Positions 25,225 through 39,466 of a DNA stretch of 64,000 nucleotides are shown here, piece by piece (positions within the stretch are counted from its first letter, which is position 1; every line of letters starts with the position of its first letter). The notes under the pieces were generated by a model. The model searched no databases. It saw nothing but the letters and a program-made list of their open reading frames with translations, and was not told where the DNA came from. A program made the translations under genes and the position numbers. Where the stretch lies: positions 46,686,001 to 46,750,000 of the forward strand of contig OX597836.1 in the NCBI GenBank assembly GCA_951406725.2. Reading direction: 5' to 3'. This DNA is from Octopus vulgaris. Its lineage: Eukaryota.

Positions 25225-26418
25225 AAGCTTTTGTCATCAGTGATGACCTTCACAAAAAGGACTGGATCAACTTCCAACTGTTATTTCAGTTCATGCCATG
25301 CATTCAGTTGTGACTGCTTTTGATGTTCCCTGAACAAGCGAGGCACAAATTTTGCTGCAATTCTTTTCATTCACAATTCCTTGCTCAAAATTCATTAGCA
25401 GGAGTTCCAGGACACGTCAGTCATATTAAGAAGTTCATCACTTGTTTGGTGGTGGTCCTTTGGTGTTTTCATTCATTCGGGAGGTCAACAGTTGCCCTGA
25501 ACAAGGTTGATCTTCAAGCAACAAGTGACTATCCCTAAACTATCTTGGGTCATACATATCATCATCTGGAAAAGATTTTCTAACTAGAAAGGGTATGGCC
25601 TGGTCAGCCTGTAATGATATGCATAAGATCTGGTCATCAAATCTTAAGTAGAGACAACAAACTTAAAATCTTCAAAGCCACAGTCGAACCAATTCTACTA
25701 TATGGCTCAGAAACCTGGACGTTATCAAAGAAGCTTGAGTGGCGGTTGGATGGAACTTACACTCTCCTCCTTATGAGAGCTCAAAATCTCTCATGGAATT
25801 GTCATCCAACTAAAGTACAAATATATGGGAAATTACCACCTGTAAAAGGTAGGAGAGTCCAGTTTGCTGGACATTGTTGTAGAGGTGAAAACGAGTCAAT
25901 TTCTACTCTTCTCCTCTGGAAGCCATCTACTCGCGACACCAGAGGGCGCACAGTCTCCTACCCCGATGTAATCTCCAGGGATACAGGCATCCAGCAACAG
26001 GACCTCCGTAATGCCATGATGGACCGTGAAGTCTGGTGTAGCATGGTAAATTCCATTGTCTCGACCACGGTCGAACAATGATGATGATGATTTCTAAACT
26101 TGTGTTTTGCTCATGGCTGTGTCCTTGTAAGCTGTTTGAAGCATGACAACTGTTTTGGCCACCGTTTTCCTCAGCAGAAAATAGAATTTCATGGAAACAT
26201 GCAGTTCCTTCATTTCAGCCATTGCAAAAATCAACAAACAGGGGAGAAGCGCTGCAAAACAAAGACGCACCATGTGGCAGTAGGACATCATCAGGTGATG
26301 CCAGTCAGCAGACTGATGCCTGAGTGTCGCATCAAGTGGCTTCTAGTGGTGGAAGCCTGAACTACAACAGGTTTGTCCCACAATGAACGTTTCTAGCTAC
26401 TTTTGGGTACCCCCTTAT
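25225..26418 (-). pseudogene. Decayed mariner (Tc1/mariner) transposase with 5' TIR, interrupted by an RTE insertion
   Basis: Translation KELHVSMKFYFLLRKTVAKTVVMLQTAYKDTAMSKTQV...EDQPCSG...MKRIAAKFVPRLFREHQK...VITDDKS; TIR-like TAAGGGGGTACCCAAAAGTAG near 26395-26417. Confidence 0.75.
25542..26093 (+). mobile_element. 5'-truncated RTE-clade LINE (ORF C-terminus plus (ATG)n tail)
   Basis: ORF 25614-26081 KLKIFKATVEPILLYGSETWTL...FAGHC...AMMDREVW; probable TSD CTAAACT at 25535-25541 and 26094-26100. Confidence 0.85.
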
Positions 26419-27069
26419 ATTGGTTGGTGCCAGCTAACAAGAAATCTTCCACCCAACTAGAAACATCAGCCAAATCTCCCTCAAATTATTCTCTCCACTT
26501 TTGAAAGACAAGACACACTGGATAATGTAGTTCTAGATACAAAATTCCTGACAAAAAATGGGGTGGTCATGGCTGGAGCATTTTTGATCGCAAATCTGCT
26601 CAGTTATGGTTTACCTGATGTTAAACTGCAACAACACTCTCTGTTGCCATTAGCAACCAATTATTTCACAGTTTGTTTTTAAATTTGCAAGTGTCAATAA
26701 CTTTTGGTAAAAAACAGTTAAAACAGAAAGATGAAATTATGAAAGGTGAGCCGTCAAGAAGTCATCTACGAATAATGACAATGCAGTGACCAGTAGTCAC
26801 ACAATGACCTCCAAGTGACCATGCATTGACCGCCAAGTGACCACCAAATATCTGAAACAGTAATCAAGATCACCAGACAATAACTCAGAAAGACAAACTC
26901 AAAATAATGTTTAATTAAAGAGAAACATTGAAGGTTTGTCATTGTTGTACAAGTGAGAGGAGGCGGGGGTAGAGTCTGTGGTCCCTTTTGTTTTTTAGGG
27001 TTTCTGAAACTGGTAGAGAGAAAACATAACAGTAACACCAGAGTGGACTCTATTATTAACCTTTTAACA

Positions 27070-27236
27070 TAGGAGCAGGAGTGGCTGTGTGGTAAGTAGC
27101 TTGTCTACCAACCACATGGTTCCGGGTTCAGTCCCACTGCGTGGTACCTTGGGCAAGTGTTTTCTACTATAGCCTTGGGCCGACCAAAGCCTTGTGAGTG
27201 GATTTGGTAGACGGAAACTGAAAGAAGCCCGTCGTA

Positions 27237-27277
<41 letters not shown>

Positions 27278-27493
27278 ATATGTTTGTGTGTCTGTGTTTG
27301 TCCCCTAGCATTGCTTGACAACCGATGCTGGTGTGTTTATGTCCCCGTTACTCAGCGGTTCGGCAAAAGAGACCGATAGAATAAGTACTGGGCTTACAAA
27401 AGAATAAGTCCTGAGGTCGAGTTGCTCGATTAAAGGCGGTGCTCCAGCATGGCCGCAGTCAAATGAATGAAACAAATAAAAGAGTAAAAGAGT
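27070..27493 (+). mobile_element. SINE family A, full length
   Basis: Matches family A end to end. Confidence 0.88.
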
Positions 27494-28589
27494 ATATATA
27501 TATATATATATATATATACTTCATTTTTTCCTCATATATACCTCATTTTTACCTCATTTTTTCTAATATATAATACCTGTACATCATCTCCAAACCTTCC
27601 AATATATATATATATATATATATATCTTCTCTCTTTATTACAAATTTAATCCAGCCATGCCTGGCCAAAATATTCAACTATTTCTATGTTCAAACTGGCC
27701 AGATCCAGCCCCTCACACCTATCCTAAAATGTCATTCTAAGAATATACAGTTACATCATTGAAATCACAGCTACAAAATAATATCTGATTAATTCAAAAT
27801 AATGTGAATAAATAATCTGAATGAATAATCTGAATGAATAATCTGAATGCCAAAAGGTTGAGGTGACCACCCCGCCACCTCCTCTCAGGTGGCCAAACAG
27901 TTGATGCAAGTTAGATATGACCACCAACAACCTTGCTCTCAACATCACACAACTCCTCTGACCCGCCCATTAATAGTAATCCACTTTGTGGTCGCAATTA
28001 TTATTGACGAACACGAACACTTACCAGTTCCTCTTGGATTTTACCATTTGAGTTAGTGACTGTATTTATGAAAAAGAGGGAGGATGGTAGTCATTTTTAT
28101 TGACCTCTTACGAGGGTAGAGGTGATGGTGGTGGTGGTGGTGGTGGTGGTGGTAGTGGTGATGGGGATAATGATGGTAGTGGTGATAATGATGGCTGTGA
28201 TATTGCCAATTAAAGATGAGGACATTGTTAATTACATAATGATGTTAATGGCTCAGCTTAATGGAATTTAATACAATCCTGTTCAAATGAATATATACGC
28301 ACAAACACATGCTTATATACACATATATATGCACACAAACATGCATACATACCCACATACAAATATTCATATGTACATTGTATACATACATACATACTTT
28401 TCAGGAATTTTCTTACATATACAATATAATGTGTATGTATGTAGTTATGCTTGTAGTTTGTGTATAGGTATGCATGTAGAAATACATGAATATACATACA
28501 TATATATATACATTAATAAACACACACACACACACACTCACAAAATGTGCATGTATGAGAGCAGAAGATAAAATAGAGGAGATACTCAC

Positions 28590-28687
28590 CACTCGTGGTG
28601 GTGTGGTGTAGTACAGTTGTGTGGTGTGTTTGTCCTCCTCTTTCTGCAATATTTCTTTCTCACATTCCTTCGACTGCCAAGCAATGG
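28590..28687 (-). other. Candidate internal exon (98 nt)
   Basis: Acceptor TGTTTTCCACAG|C; donor GTG|GTGAGTAT. Confidence 0.5.
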
Positions 28688-29439
28688 CTGTGGAAAACAC
28701 AACAAATACTAATTAATCAAAAATGTTAATTAATCATCTATGGTAATTAATCATGATCAAAAATCAAGGAAGTACTTCAATGTGTCTACAGGAGATTGAT
28801 TAACAAGATTAATCATGAATCACAGTCATGAGATCAAACTCTGCTGCAGGCTTTTTAAGTGAAGGTAACCCCAATTTATGGCTCACAGTTAAGGGGTCAC
28901 TGGTAGCTAAGGGTGTCCAGCTGTAAAAAGAATGACTTCAAAAAGAAAGACCTGGCTCACACACCTGTACAAGAAAGAAAAATTAGGTTAGCGGGTAGGG
29001 TCATTCAAAGCATGTCCTGCAGAACTTTAGGGGTAGCATAAATAAAGCCACTGGTGTTCCACAAAATAAAGGCCTTTTCAATAAAATTTAACAAAGTTTA
29101 ATTTATAAACAAGATACTATTCACCATTTTCAAGACAAGTAATTTATTTGCTTTTTTTATGTGAATAAATTCTTTCAAATACAATTTTTGTTTTGTTAAC
29201 TGAATTATAATAGTTAAGTCGGTAAAGGTTATCCATAGAACACAGAGGCCGGTTCTGTGATTTTTCAAAAATCATATAATGGGTTCAGTACTAAAATAAC
29301 TTTAGACAATGTCTAGTGACCCACTCAGACCATATTTTGGGTTTATTAGAAACTTCAGATGTGATGTTGGGTAGAATCCCTTCAATTTGCTATACAGGAT
29401 AATTCAGATGATCTTTTCTTTACATCGACAACAGAACAG

Positions 29440-29765
29440 TGTAGGTTCCGTCCAACTGCCTCTCAAGCTTCTTTGATAATGTTCAGGTTTCTGAGCCATA
29501 TAGTAGAATTGGTTCGATTGTGGCTTTAAAGATTTCAAGTTTGAAGTCTCTAATTAGATTTGATGACCAGATCTTATGCATATCATTACAGGCTGACCAG
29601 GCCATACCCTTTCTAGTTAGAAAATCTTTTCCAGATAATGATATGTATGACCCAAGATATTTGTAATCAGAAACCCTATTTAAGGGTGTATTGTTGAGAG
29701 TATGGATGATGCAATCACTGTTGGACAGGCACTTGTTTACATATTCAATCTTGGCCTCATTGAGG
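29440..29765 (-). mobile_element. RTE LINE fragment, same family as 25542-26093
   Basis: YKYLGSYI...AWSACNDMHKIWSSNL...IFKATIEPILLYGSET. Confidence 0.8.
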
Positions 29766-29808
29766 TAATATATATATATACGTATGTATGTATGTATAAT
29801 GTATGTAT

Positions 29809-29839
<31 letters not shown>

Positions 29840-30322
29840 AAGATAAAGTGATAGATACAACTGAGTGGGCAAACAAAAATATGAGACACCGCCTAGTGCT
29901 TTTTTTTGATTTTGATAAGCCTGGTACTTATTCTATCAGTTTCTTCTTGTGAAACCAGTAAGTTATGGGGATGTAAAGAAACAAAAAACCAGTTCTGAAG
30001 CAGTGATGTGGGAGAAACACAAAGAAACACACATAGACTTACATATATACATATATATATATACAATTGATTTCTTTCAGTTTCTGTCTACAAAATCCAC
30101 TGACAAGGCTTTGGTTGGTGTGAGGCTATAGAAGAAGACACACGCCAAGTTACCATACAGTGGGACTGAACTGAGGACCATGTGTTTTGGAACCAAGTTT
30201 GTTACCACACAGCCACACCTACACCAATGTATGTGTGTGTGTGGAGGTGGGTGTGTATGGGTGTGTATGAGGTCCAACGTTCGAAGGTCATGCTTCACCA
30301 TCTTATCTACTACTAGTGTGTG

Positions 30323-30361
<39 letters not shown>

Positions 30362-30371
30362 CACCTACACA

Positions 30372-30591
30372 CAAAGGGGTGCTGAAAGAGTTCCTGGCTT
30401 TGGGTAAAAGTAAACACAGGAGGATCATTTAATTATGGTTTTATTCAACATATTCCCCTCTCAGATTCACACACTTATTGCAGTGGTCCTTCAGTTTTCT
30501 AATTCCTGTAAAAGAACTCGAAAGGTTGGGCCTCCAACCAGGCCCTTCATGATACCCTTAAAGCCAGGAACTTTCCAGCAAAACCCAATGT
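30372..30591. mobile_element. Mariner-type MITE
   Basis: TIRs GGGGTGCTGAAAGAGTTCCTGGCTTT and AAAGCCAGGAACTTTCCAGCAAAACCC. Confidence 0.65.
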
Positions 30592-32599
30592 ATGCACGTA
30601 TGTATGTATATGTATATATATGTAAGTGTACACATGTAATTACAAACTTGTACATACGCATATGTGAATATATATTGATGCTATGGATGTGAATTCAGCA
30701 ACATCATCATCACCATCAGTCTTTTACATTCTGCTCTTCTTTAATGTTGACATGGATTAAGGGACTAAGGGATTAAGGGATCATCACTGGTCTGACAACA
30801 CAACAACAAAGAAAGCCACTGACTTTGGTTTTAAATGCCTCACTTTCTTTTCTCTCTCTCTCTCTTTCTTTGTCTATCTCTCACACACATACACACACAT
30901 ACGCACACACATCCAAATTTATATCTATGAAGTGTGTGTGTATGTGTGTGTGTGCATGTGTGTTTGTGTATGTGTGTGTGTACGTGTGTGTGTGTGTGTG
31001 CATGCTTGCTCACAGAGTTTTAAATGAATCACCTTTATTTTCCAAATTTACAGATGAATTTCTTTTGAGATTCTAAACATCTCGAACGGGTATTTTTGTT
31101 TTCTAATTGCAAAAATAATTCCAATTAATTGAAATGTTTCTATTCTGCTATATACATGCAAATGTGCAACTGTATTGTGTATGTGTGTGATAGAGGGAGA
31201 GAGTGAGTGTATGTGTGTGTGTGCATGCATGCATTTTGTGTTTATAAAAATAATATTCCTCCATCTCATTATTCAAAGTTTTATGATACCTGGTTTTAAA
31301 TCTGAACTATGATACTACTCAAAAACACTATATTAGCATGACCAAAGGAAATTCAAGAGAAGATTGTATAACCACCATTTGTTTTTTTTATTCAGAATGT
31401 GATAAGTAAAATACATTAAGTTTTTTTATGCATTTGAGTTATACCTGGTTGTTGAAAGCTTTGAACAATAATACGAATTGGAAGATTGTTGAAAGTAGTA
31501 ATAGATGTCTTAACCGTTTTGTATTCAAACTAGCCAAATCCATCCCAAATATTCTGTTTTAGGTTCAAACTGGCCAGATCTGGCCTTTCATACCTACTCT
31601 ATAATGTCGTTCTAAAAGTATGCAATCACACCATTGAAATCTCAAAGCTTCAAGATAATGCATCGTTGATTCAAAACAATGTGGATATAGAAGCATTATT
31701 ACATTTGATAAAGTAATCTGAATCCTAAAGGGTGAAATGGGGACTTGCCTGGTTGAGAGTGTGTAGAAGACTGGAATTTAATATTTGAGTTAACAAAATG
31801 TAAAAATAGTTCTAGCAAAGAAAAGAAACCCATCAAAACTTTGTATTGCACTTTAGGAATGTAAGGTGTCTATAAATGAGATTCTAGGCATAACCATATA
31901 TACCTATAGACGGTGTAGGCAAAACATGTATCTTCCCTGTATATTAAAAAATACTTGCTGAGGATGTCACATAAAATTGCAGACAAGCTGGACAAGGAAC
32001 TGGGAATCATTGTTTATAAAGCTTAATCCTTTTGTTACCAAATTCCGGTTACTGTTACACTGCCTTTGTTTTAATTCATTTGGGTTTATTATGAAGAATT
32101 TAATAAAATAACTTTATCATTATTAAACTGGAGTCTGAAACACAAATTAATATGAAATGTTTATGGAAGGTTTTAATTTGGTTCCCTTTAAAATAGGAAG
32201 TCTGTATCATAGATTTATGGGTGGTTTGGGGATGGAAAGAGATAAATTTCAAGGGTTATGGAGTAAAATTGTCTATACTAGGCAGCAAAGCATTCTCCGC
32301 TAACCAACAGTAATTCAAAAGAAGACTTTTAGAACCAGTGAAATTGATGGAGCTGATGCTGTGGAATAAAAGTGCATTGAACAAAACAATAAACACTAAT
32401 AATAAAAAAAAAAGCATTAGGCATGGCTGTGTGGTAAGAGGCTTGCTTCCCAATCACATGATCATGGGTTCAGTTTCACTGCATGGCACTTTGGGCAAGT
32501 GTCTTCTACTATAGCCTTGGGCCAACCAAAACTTTGTGAGGGAATTTCGTAGCAATTGCCATATGCTAAGGAAAACATTATAAACATATCTATATTCCA

Positions 32600-33152
32600 T
32601 TTGGGGTCGATAAATTTAGTACTAGTTGTGTACTGAGGTCGATCTAATCGACAGGCCCCCTCCCCTAAAAATTTCGAGCCTTGTGCCTAGAGTAAAAAAG
32701 AATTCTCCACAAAAGTCGATTAGTTTAATTACGGAAACAGTACAGATAACAGTGTAAGGCAGTGAACTGGCAGAAACGTTAGCACGCCGGGTGAATTGCT
32801 TAGCGGTATTTCGTCTGCCGCTACGTTCTGAGTTCAAATTCCACCGAGGTTGACTTTGCCTTTCATCCTTTCGGGGTCTATTAAATAAATACCAGTTATG
32901 CACTGGGGTTGATGTAATCAGCTTAATCCGTTTGTCCGTCCTTGTTTGTCCCCTCTGTGTTTAGCCTTTTGTGGGTAGTAAACAAATAGGTATTTCATCT
33001 GTCTTTACGTTCTGAGTTCAAATTCCACTAAGGTTGACTTTGCCTTTCATCCTTTTGGTGTCGATAAATTAAGTACTAGTTGTGTACTGGGGTCGATCTA
33101 ATCAACTGGCCACCTCCCCAAAAATTCGGGCCTTGTGCCTAGAGTAGAAAAC
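32600..33152 (+). mobile_element. SINE family B (a 3' fragment plus a full dimeric copy)
   Basis: CTGGCAGAAACGTTAGCACGCCGGG...GAGTTCAAATTCC with an internally duplicated B-box module. Confidence 0.8.
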
Positions 33153-33764
33153 AATACAGATAACAGTGTGCATTTGAGGATTTTTTGACACGGTACAAGT
33201 CTTGTTTACCCAAGTGAGAAGGAGAGATCTGTACTTGGTTTTGTTAATCTTAGGTAGATGGACATAACCACATGGCCAATATGCATAACATGTTTAATGA
33301 CCTGGGGCAACTTATCTTACCTGTATGAAGTAAATGGACTGCACCATTGACTGTTAACTACCTTAGATATAAATAGGACCCATATGACATGGCATTTCAA
33401 TCCTTTATTTGATTGTCCCTATGAAATATGGCCATCTGTGAATCAAAAAGGGAGTTCAAAACCAATGATGTCAATTAACCTGTTGGAAATAGCAGCCAAA
33501 TCTCTCACTTTATACTCTGCCACTGTCTCAATAAAAAGAGGACATGTAAGTAATGTAATTCTAGATACACTAGGGTTAGGAAAAGAAAAATAAAGAAGTG
33601 ATGGTCATGGTTGAGATTCCTTTAATGAAAAGTCTGCTGAACCAAGACTGATGTCGGGCTAAATAAGAGCAACAACAGCAAGAACAACAACATGGCTGAC
33701 TATTGATTCTGGAACATTGAAGAACAAAAATCAAAATTTGATAGAAATAAAATGCTGGACTCAC

Positions 33765-34052
33765 ATTGATGACAGCCAGAAGAGAGAAAATGTGCAAAAC
33801 TTTCCGAACAGCTTGCTCGTCGTAAATTGAGAAACGGAAGGTTTTGGCATGGTTTGGTCTGTGTCCACACAACACTTGGCTGACTTCTGCGACGGAACAT
33901 TTTTGGCCTCTCCCACAATCAAAAGTACGATGGAATTATTAAACTGATATTCAATGACAATGCAAAATCCCTTGGGTGCCTGATGTAGTTTGTGTCGAGA
34001 GAAGGTGAGAGGAGAGAGGGTCACTTTGGAATGAATTGAGGTAACGGTCCTC
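33765..34052 (-). other. Candidate internal exon (288 nt)
   Basis: Acceptor CACTTCTTTCAG|G; donor AAT|GTGAGT; non-repetitive and less AT-rich than flanks. Confidence 0.45.
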
Positions 34053-34850
34053 CTGAAAGAAGTGTATAACTTACAACGCGAAGTGGAACATATCGAGAAA
34101 GAACATTATTTTCCAATCAAGTGAAAAAAGGCATCAACATCACATAATCTCAGGCGTTGTAACAAACAGAAGAGGCTATGAGCTAATGTGATCCATCCTT
34201 ATTCAGAATTACGAAACTGCACTCCTGGTTGAGTGGGTTGGGTTACAACAAGATATAAAAACTTGAATCTCAGCAGGTTTTCTTCCATGGAAGGGATAAA
34301 AAAAGAACAATGTCCTCCTGGTTGCAAAATTAGGTTCTATTGTGTTTATACAACTAGACTCCTGTTTAAAGAAAAGTGTACTAACAAATTGAAAATTAAA
34401 CACAAGCGCCTGAAGTTGAAACTAGGACATTTCTTATTGGTCAATAATTACTGGTCACATGACAAGAGAAGTATTTCAACCAAGAGGTAAATATTTACAC
34501 TCTCTCTCTCTCCTTTCTTTCAACATGTATTGTGTGTATGTGAGTGTAACCTCAATGAATATAGGCATTCTTATACATGCACACATGCACACACACACAC
34601 ACATTATATATCTGTATTGGAATGTTGATACGTATGCAAGGTACATACCTCCCACACACACGCACTTCTGTGTATATACCAAACAGTCAAGTAAAAGACA
34701 TACGTACACAAACTGGAGAACAAGAGAGGAGGAGGAGGAGGAGGAAGAAGAGGAGGAGGGCAATAGAAAAAAAGAAAATGAATTCACAATTCCAGCTAAA
34801 ATTTCTCTGAGATTAACTTCTTTCGACAGACAACTTATACAGACACACAC

Positions 34851-34950
34851 CAGCTCCTATACACACACATCAGCCCCTATACACACACATCAGCCCCTAT
34901 ACACACACATCAGCCCCTATACACACCCATCAGCCCCTATACGCACACAC
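34851..34950. repeat. 20-bp minisatellite (CAGCCCCTATACACACACAT) x5
   Basis: Direct reading. Confidence 0.9.
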
Positions 34951-35699
34951 CAGATGGACAAATAAACAAGTTCAAGAAAAATGAAGAGACATCAGAAATA
35001 GATGAATACAAGTCTAATTGCTTTATAAATTAGATTATGTGTCTGAGTATTCCACAGATACTAATAACCATATTACAATGTATAACAAATATTATGTATG
35101 TATATCTATAGCTATATATATATGTGCAGTGATGGCTGTGTGGTAAGAATTTTGTTTCCCAACCACATGGTTCTGGGTTCACTCCCACCACGGAGAACCT
35201 TATGCAAATGTCTTGGACTGACCAAAGCCTTATGAGTGCATTGTTTAGATGGAAACTGAAAGAAGCCTACCATATATGTGTGTGTGTGCTTGTATGTGTG
35301 TTCTCTTATATTTTTGATTATTTGAAGTCTTCAGTAAAGAAGGGCCTGCTTTCTAACAAAGGGACAAAGCCCCGTTGTTGAAATGTAGATAACAAAAATA
35401 ACAACAGATTTTGAACTTGAGAAATGTTTTTAGAGTTTAACTGTTTCATTTACAGATTGTATTTGTACAATGCAAGTTTGCTGGTCGAATTCTTTCTCTG
35501 AAAACCTCTGCTAATCCAGATTGTCATTAACTCCAAAAACCAAATGCACCACTTATTATTTAGCTATAGGAGTTGGAGGTTTAGAAGCAGTTGTCCTGAG
35601 TGATCCTCTTTAACTTTGATTTTGAAGAGATATTCACATAAACAAGGCCTCCATGTCTCTCTCCAACAACTATATCCAGCCCACAATGCTTGCACTTAC

Positions 35700-36798
35700 G
35701 GCACTGAGCTGGCAGAAACGTTAGCGCGCCGGGCAAAATGCTTAGCGGTATTTCATCTGCCACTACGTTCTGAGTTCAAATTCTGCCGAGGTTGACTTTG
35801 CCTTTCATCCTTTCGGGGTCGATAAATAAAGTACCAGTTACACACTGGGGTCAATATAATCGACTTAATCCGTTTGGGTGAAATGCTTAGTGGTATTTCG
35901 TCTGCCGCTACATTCTGAGTTCAAATTCCACCAAGATTGACTTCGCCTTTCATCCTTTCGGGTTCGATAAATAAAGTACCAGTTATGCACTGGGGTCAAT
36001 ATAATCGACTTAATCCGTTTGGGTGAAATGCTTAGTGGTATTTCGTCTGCCACTACATTCTGAGTTCAAATTCCGCTAAGATTGACTTCGCCTTTCATCC
36101 TTTCGGGGTCGATAAATAAAGTACCAGTTATGCACTGGGGTCAATATAATCGACTTAATCCGTTTGGGTGAAATGCTTAGCGGTATTTCGTCTGCCGCTA
36201 CATTCTGAGTTCAAATTCCGCCAAGATTGACTTCGCCTTTCATCCTTTCGGGGTCAATAAATAAAGTACCAGTTATGCACTGGGGTCAATATAATCGACT
36301 TAATCCGTTTGGGTGAAATGCTTAGTGGTATTTTGTCTGTCGCTACATTCTGAGTTCAAATTCCGCCAAGATTGACTTCGCCTTTCATTCTTTCGGGATT
36401 GATAAATAAAGTACCAGTTATGCACTGGGGTCAATATAATCGACTTAATCCGTTTGGGTGAAATGCTTAGTGGTATTTCGTCTGCCGCTACATTCTGAGT
36501 TCAAATTCCGCCAAGATTGACTTCGCCTTTCATCCTTTCGGGGTCAATAAATAAAGTACCAGTTATGCACTGGGGTCAATATAATCGACTTAATCCGTTT
36601 GGGTGAAATGCTTAGTGGTATTTTGTCTGTCGCTACATTCTGAGTTCAAATTCCGCCAAGATTGACTTCGCCTTTCATTCTTTCGGGATTGATAAATAAA
36701 GTACCAGTTACGCACTGGGGTAAATATAATTGACTTAACCCTTTGTCTGTCTTTGTTTGTCCCCTCTATGTTTAGCCCCTTGTAGGCAATAAAGAAAT
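35700..36798 (+). repeat. SINE family B expanded into a tandem array of 7 x 145-bp units
   Basis: Units start at 35731, 35876, 36021, 36166, 36311, 36456 and 36601; a single head and a single tail. Confidence 0.92.
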
Positions 36799-36964
36799 AT
36801 ATAATGTTCAACCAATATTCCTCATGTTTACGTATACGAAACCAGAAGCAGATTCTCTATTCCTTCCCGGACAATATGTATATATGCAATGTATATGTAT
36901 GTATAAACACACACATTGATGTATGTATAAATGACTATAAATATGTATGAACATATGTATATAT

Positions 36965-37142
36965 AGGCGCAGGAGTGGCTGTGTGGTAAGTAGCTTGCTA
37001 ACCAACCACATGGTTCCGGGTTCAGTCCCACTGCGTGGCATCTTGGGCAAGTGTCTTCTGCTATAGCCCCGGGTCGACCAAAGCCTTGTGAGTGGATTTG
37101 GTAGACGGAAACTGAAAGAAGCCTGTCGTATATATGTATATG

Positions 37143-37173
<31 letters not shown>

Positions 37174-37370
37174 TTGTCCCCCTAGCATTGCTTGACAACC
37201 GATGCTGGTGTGTTTATGTCCCCGTCACTTAGCGGTTCGGCAAAAACAGACCAATAGAATAAGTACTGGGCTTACAAAGAATAAGTCCCGGGGTCGATTT
37301 GCCCGACTAAAGGCGGTGCTCCAGCATGGCCGCAGTCAAATGACTGAAACAAGTAAAAGAGTAAAAGAGT
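36965..37370 (+). mobile_element. SINE family A, full length
   Basis: Matches family A. Confidence 0.9.
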
Positions 37371-37496
37371 ATATATACATGTGTGTGTGTGTGCGTGTGT
37401 AAAGTCATGTTTGGACATCTTATTGGTTTACAGTTTTTGTTCAAAGGTGGACTTCGATACAGTTGAAGTCATTCAAACCTGACATAATGTAAATAT

Positions 37497-37680
<184 letters not shown>

Positions 37681-37741
37681 ACATGGGTATGTAATGTCAG
37701 CGCATGAGTGTGTATAATATCTATGGAATTATATGTATAGT

Positions 37742-38155
37742 TACTCTTTTTTTTTACTCTTTTTACTTGTTTCAGTCATTTGACTGTGGCCATGCTGGAG
37801 CACCACCTTTAATCGAGCACATCGACCCCGGGACTTATTCTTTTGTAAGCCCAGTACTTATTCTATCGGTCTCTTTTGCCGAACCGCTAAGAGACAGGGA
37901 TATAAACACACCAGCATCGGTTGTCAAGTGATGTTGGGGGGACAAACACAAACACATACACACACACACACATATATATATATACATATATACGACGGGC
38001 TTCTTTCAGTTTCCGTCTACCAAATCCACTCACAAGGCTTTGGTCGGCCCAAAGCTATAGTAGAAGACACTTGCCCAAGATGCCACGCAGTGGGACTGAA
38101 CCCGGAACCATGTGGTTGGTTAGCAAGCTACTTACCACACAGCCACTCCTGCGCC
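37742..38155 (-). mobile_element. SINE family A, full length
   Basis: Reverse complement of family A. Confidence 0.9.
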
Positions 38156-38477
38156 TACATAATAATTATACATAATAATTTTTTTTTAAACAGGTGTTTT
38201 TATATGCATGCAAACAATGAACATTAACTGAACGAAGGACTCCGTCTATGTGTGGAGTCAAATATCGGCCATAATTGTATTGACAGCAACTTTGAAGATG
38301 TGCCAAGCCATAAGTTCATTCAATCTGTCTCCTTCAATAAACCACAACTCAATGAATTTTCCCGGACAGCATCAATAAAATTGCATAGTGTGAGCATATA
38401 TGTGTGTGTCAATATACACATAGGTTTATACATTTATATACATTTATATATATATATATATATATATACATACACAC

Positions 38478-38521
<44 letters not shown>

Positions 38522-38649
38522 ACATACATATATTTATATACATATATATGTAGGTATGTGTATATATATGTTATATATATATATATATATCCAGATTGTC
38601 ACTTAAGCATAAACTCCCCCCATACACATGTATTTATGTATATATATAT

Positions 38650-39067
38650 AGGAGCAAGAGTGGCCGTGTGGTAAGTACCTTGCTTACCAACCACATGGTT
38701 CCGGGTTCAGTCCCACTACATGGCACCTTGGGCCATGTAGTCTTCTACTATAGCCTCGGACTGACCAAAGCTTTGTGAGTGGATTTGGTAGACGGAAACT
38801 GAAAGAAGCCCATATATATATATATGTGTGTGTGTGGGTATGTATATGTTTGTGTGTCTGTGTTTTTCCCCCCCACCCACCAACATTGCTTAACAACCGA
38901 TGCTGGTGTGTTTACTTCCCCGTAACCTAGCAGTTTGGCAAAAGATACCGATAGAATAAGTACTCGGCTTACAAAGAATAAGTCCTGGGGTTGATTTCCT
39001 CGACTAAAAAGGCGGTGCTCCAGCATGGCCACAGTCAAATGACTGAAACAAGTAAAAGAGTAAAGAG
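38650..39067 (+). mobile_element. SINE family A, full length
   Basis: Matches family A. Confidence 0.88.
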
Positions 39068-39140
39068 ATATACATACACATATATATAAATGTAGGGGTG
39101 GTTGTGTATATGTATATAGTTAGACAGACGTGGGGGAGCT

Positions 39141-39179
<39 letters not shown>

Positions 39180-39182
39180 TTA

Positions 39183-39431
39183 TACTTTATTTAAAGCAGC
39201 TGAAAATTCAACAAAACCTGTTACTCTGAGTTTCACGTTGCCATTTATCGGACAGTTTTTCTAGCAAAAACTGTCCGATCCGTGAAACTGTACAACAATG
39301 AACGGCAACGTGAAACTCAGAGCAACAGGTTTTGTTGAATTTTCTGCTGCTTTTAAATAAAGCATATTACTCTACCACTGGTATTTGAGTACTCTTTTTT
39401 CCACCTTGTTTCACATTTATGTGTTTACTCC

Positions 39432-39433
<2 letters not shown>
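39183..39433 (+). mobile_element. Fold-back mini-element, second copy of the 23131-23353 family, in (TA)n
   Basis: Same arms and same unique tail (...TATGTGTTTACTCCGG); hammerhead-like CCGAT...ACG-GCAA-CGT-GAAA-CTCAGAG. Confidence 0.8.

Positions 39434-39466
<33 letters not shown>

Noticed and set aside
35731-36745. CRISPR-like array
   Set aside because: Units are contiguous near-identical SINE segments with no unique spacers, no cas genes, and a eukaryotic context.
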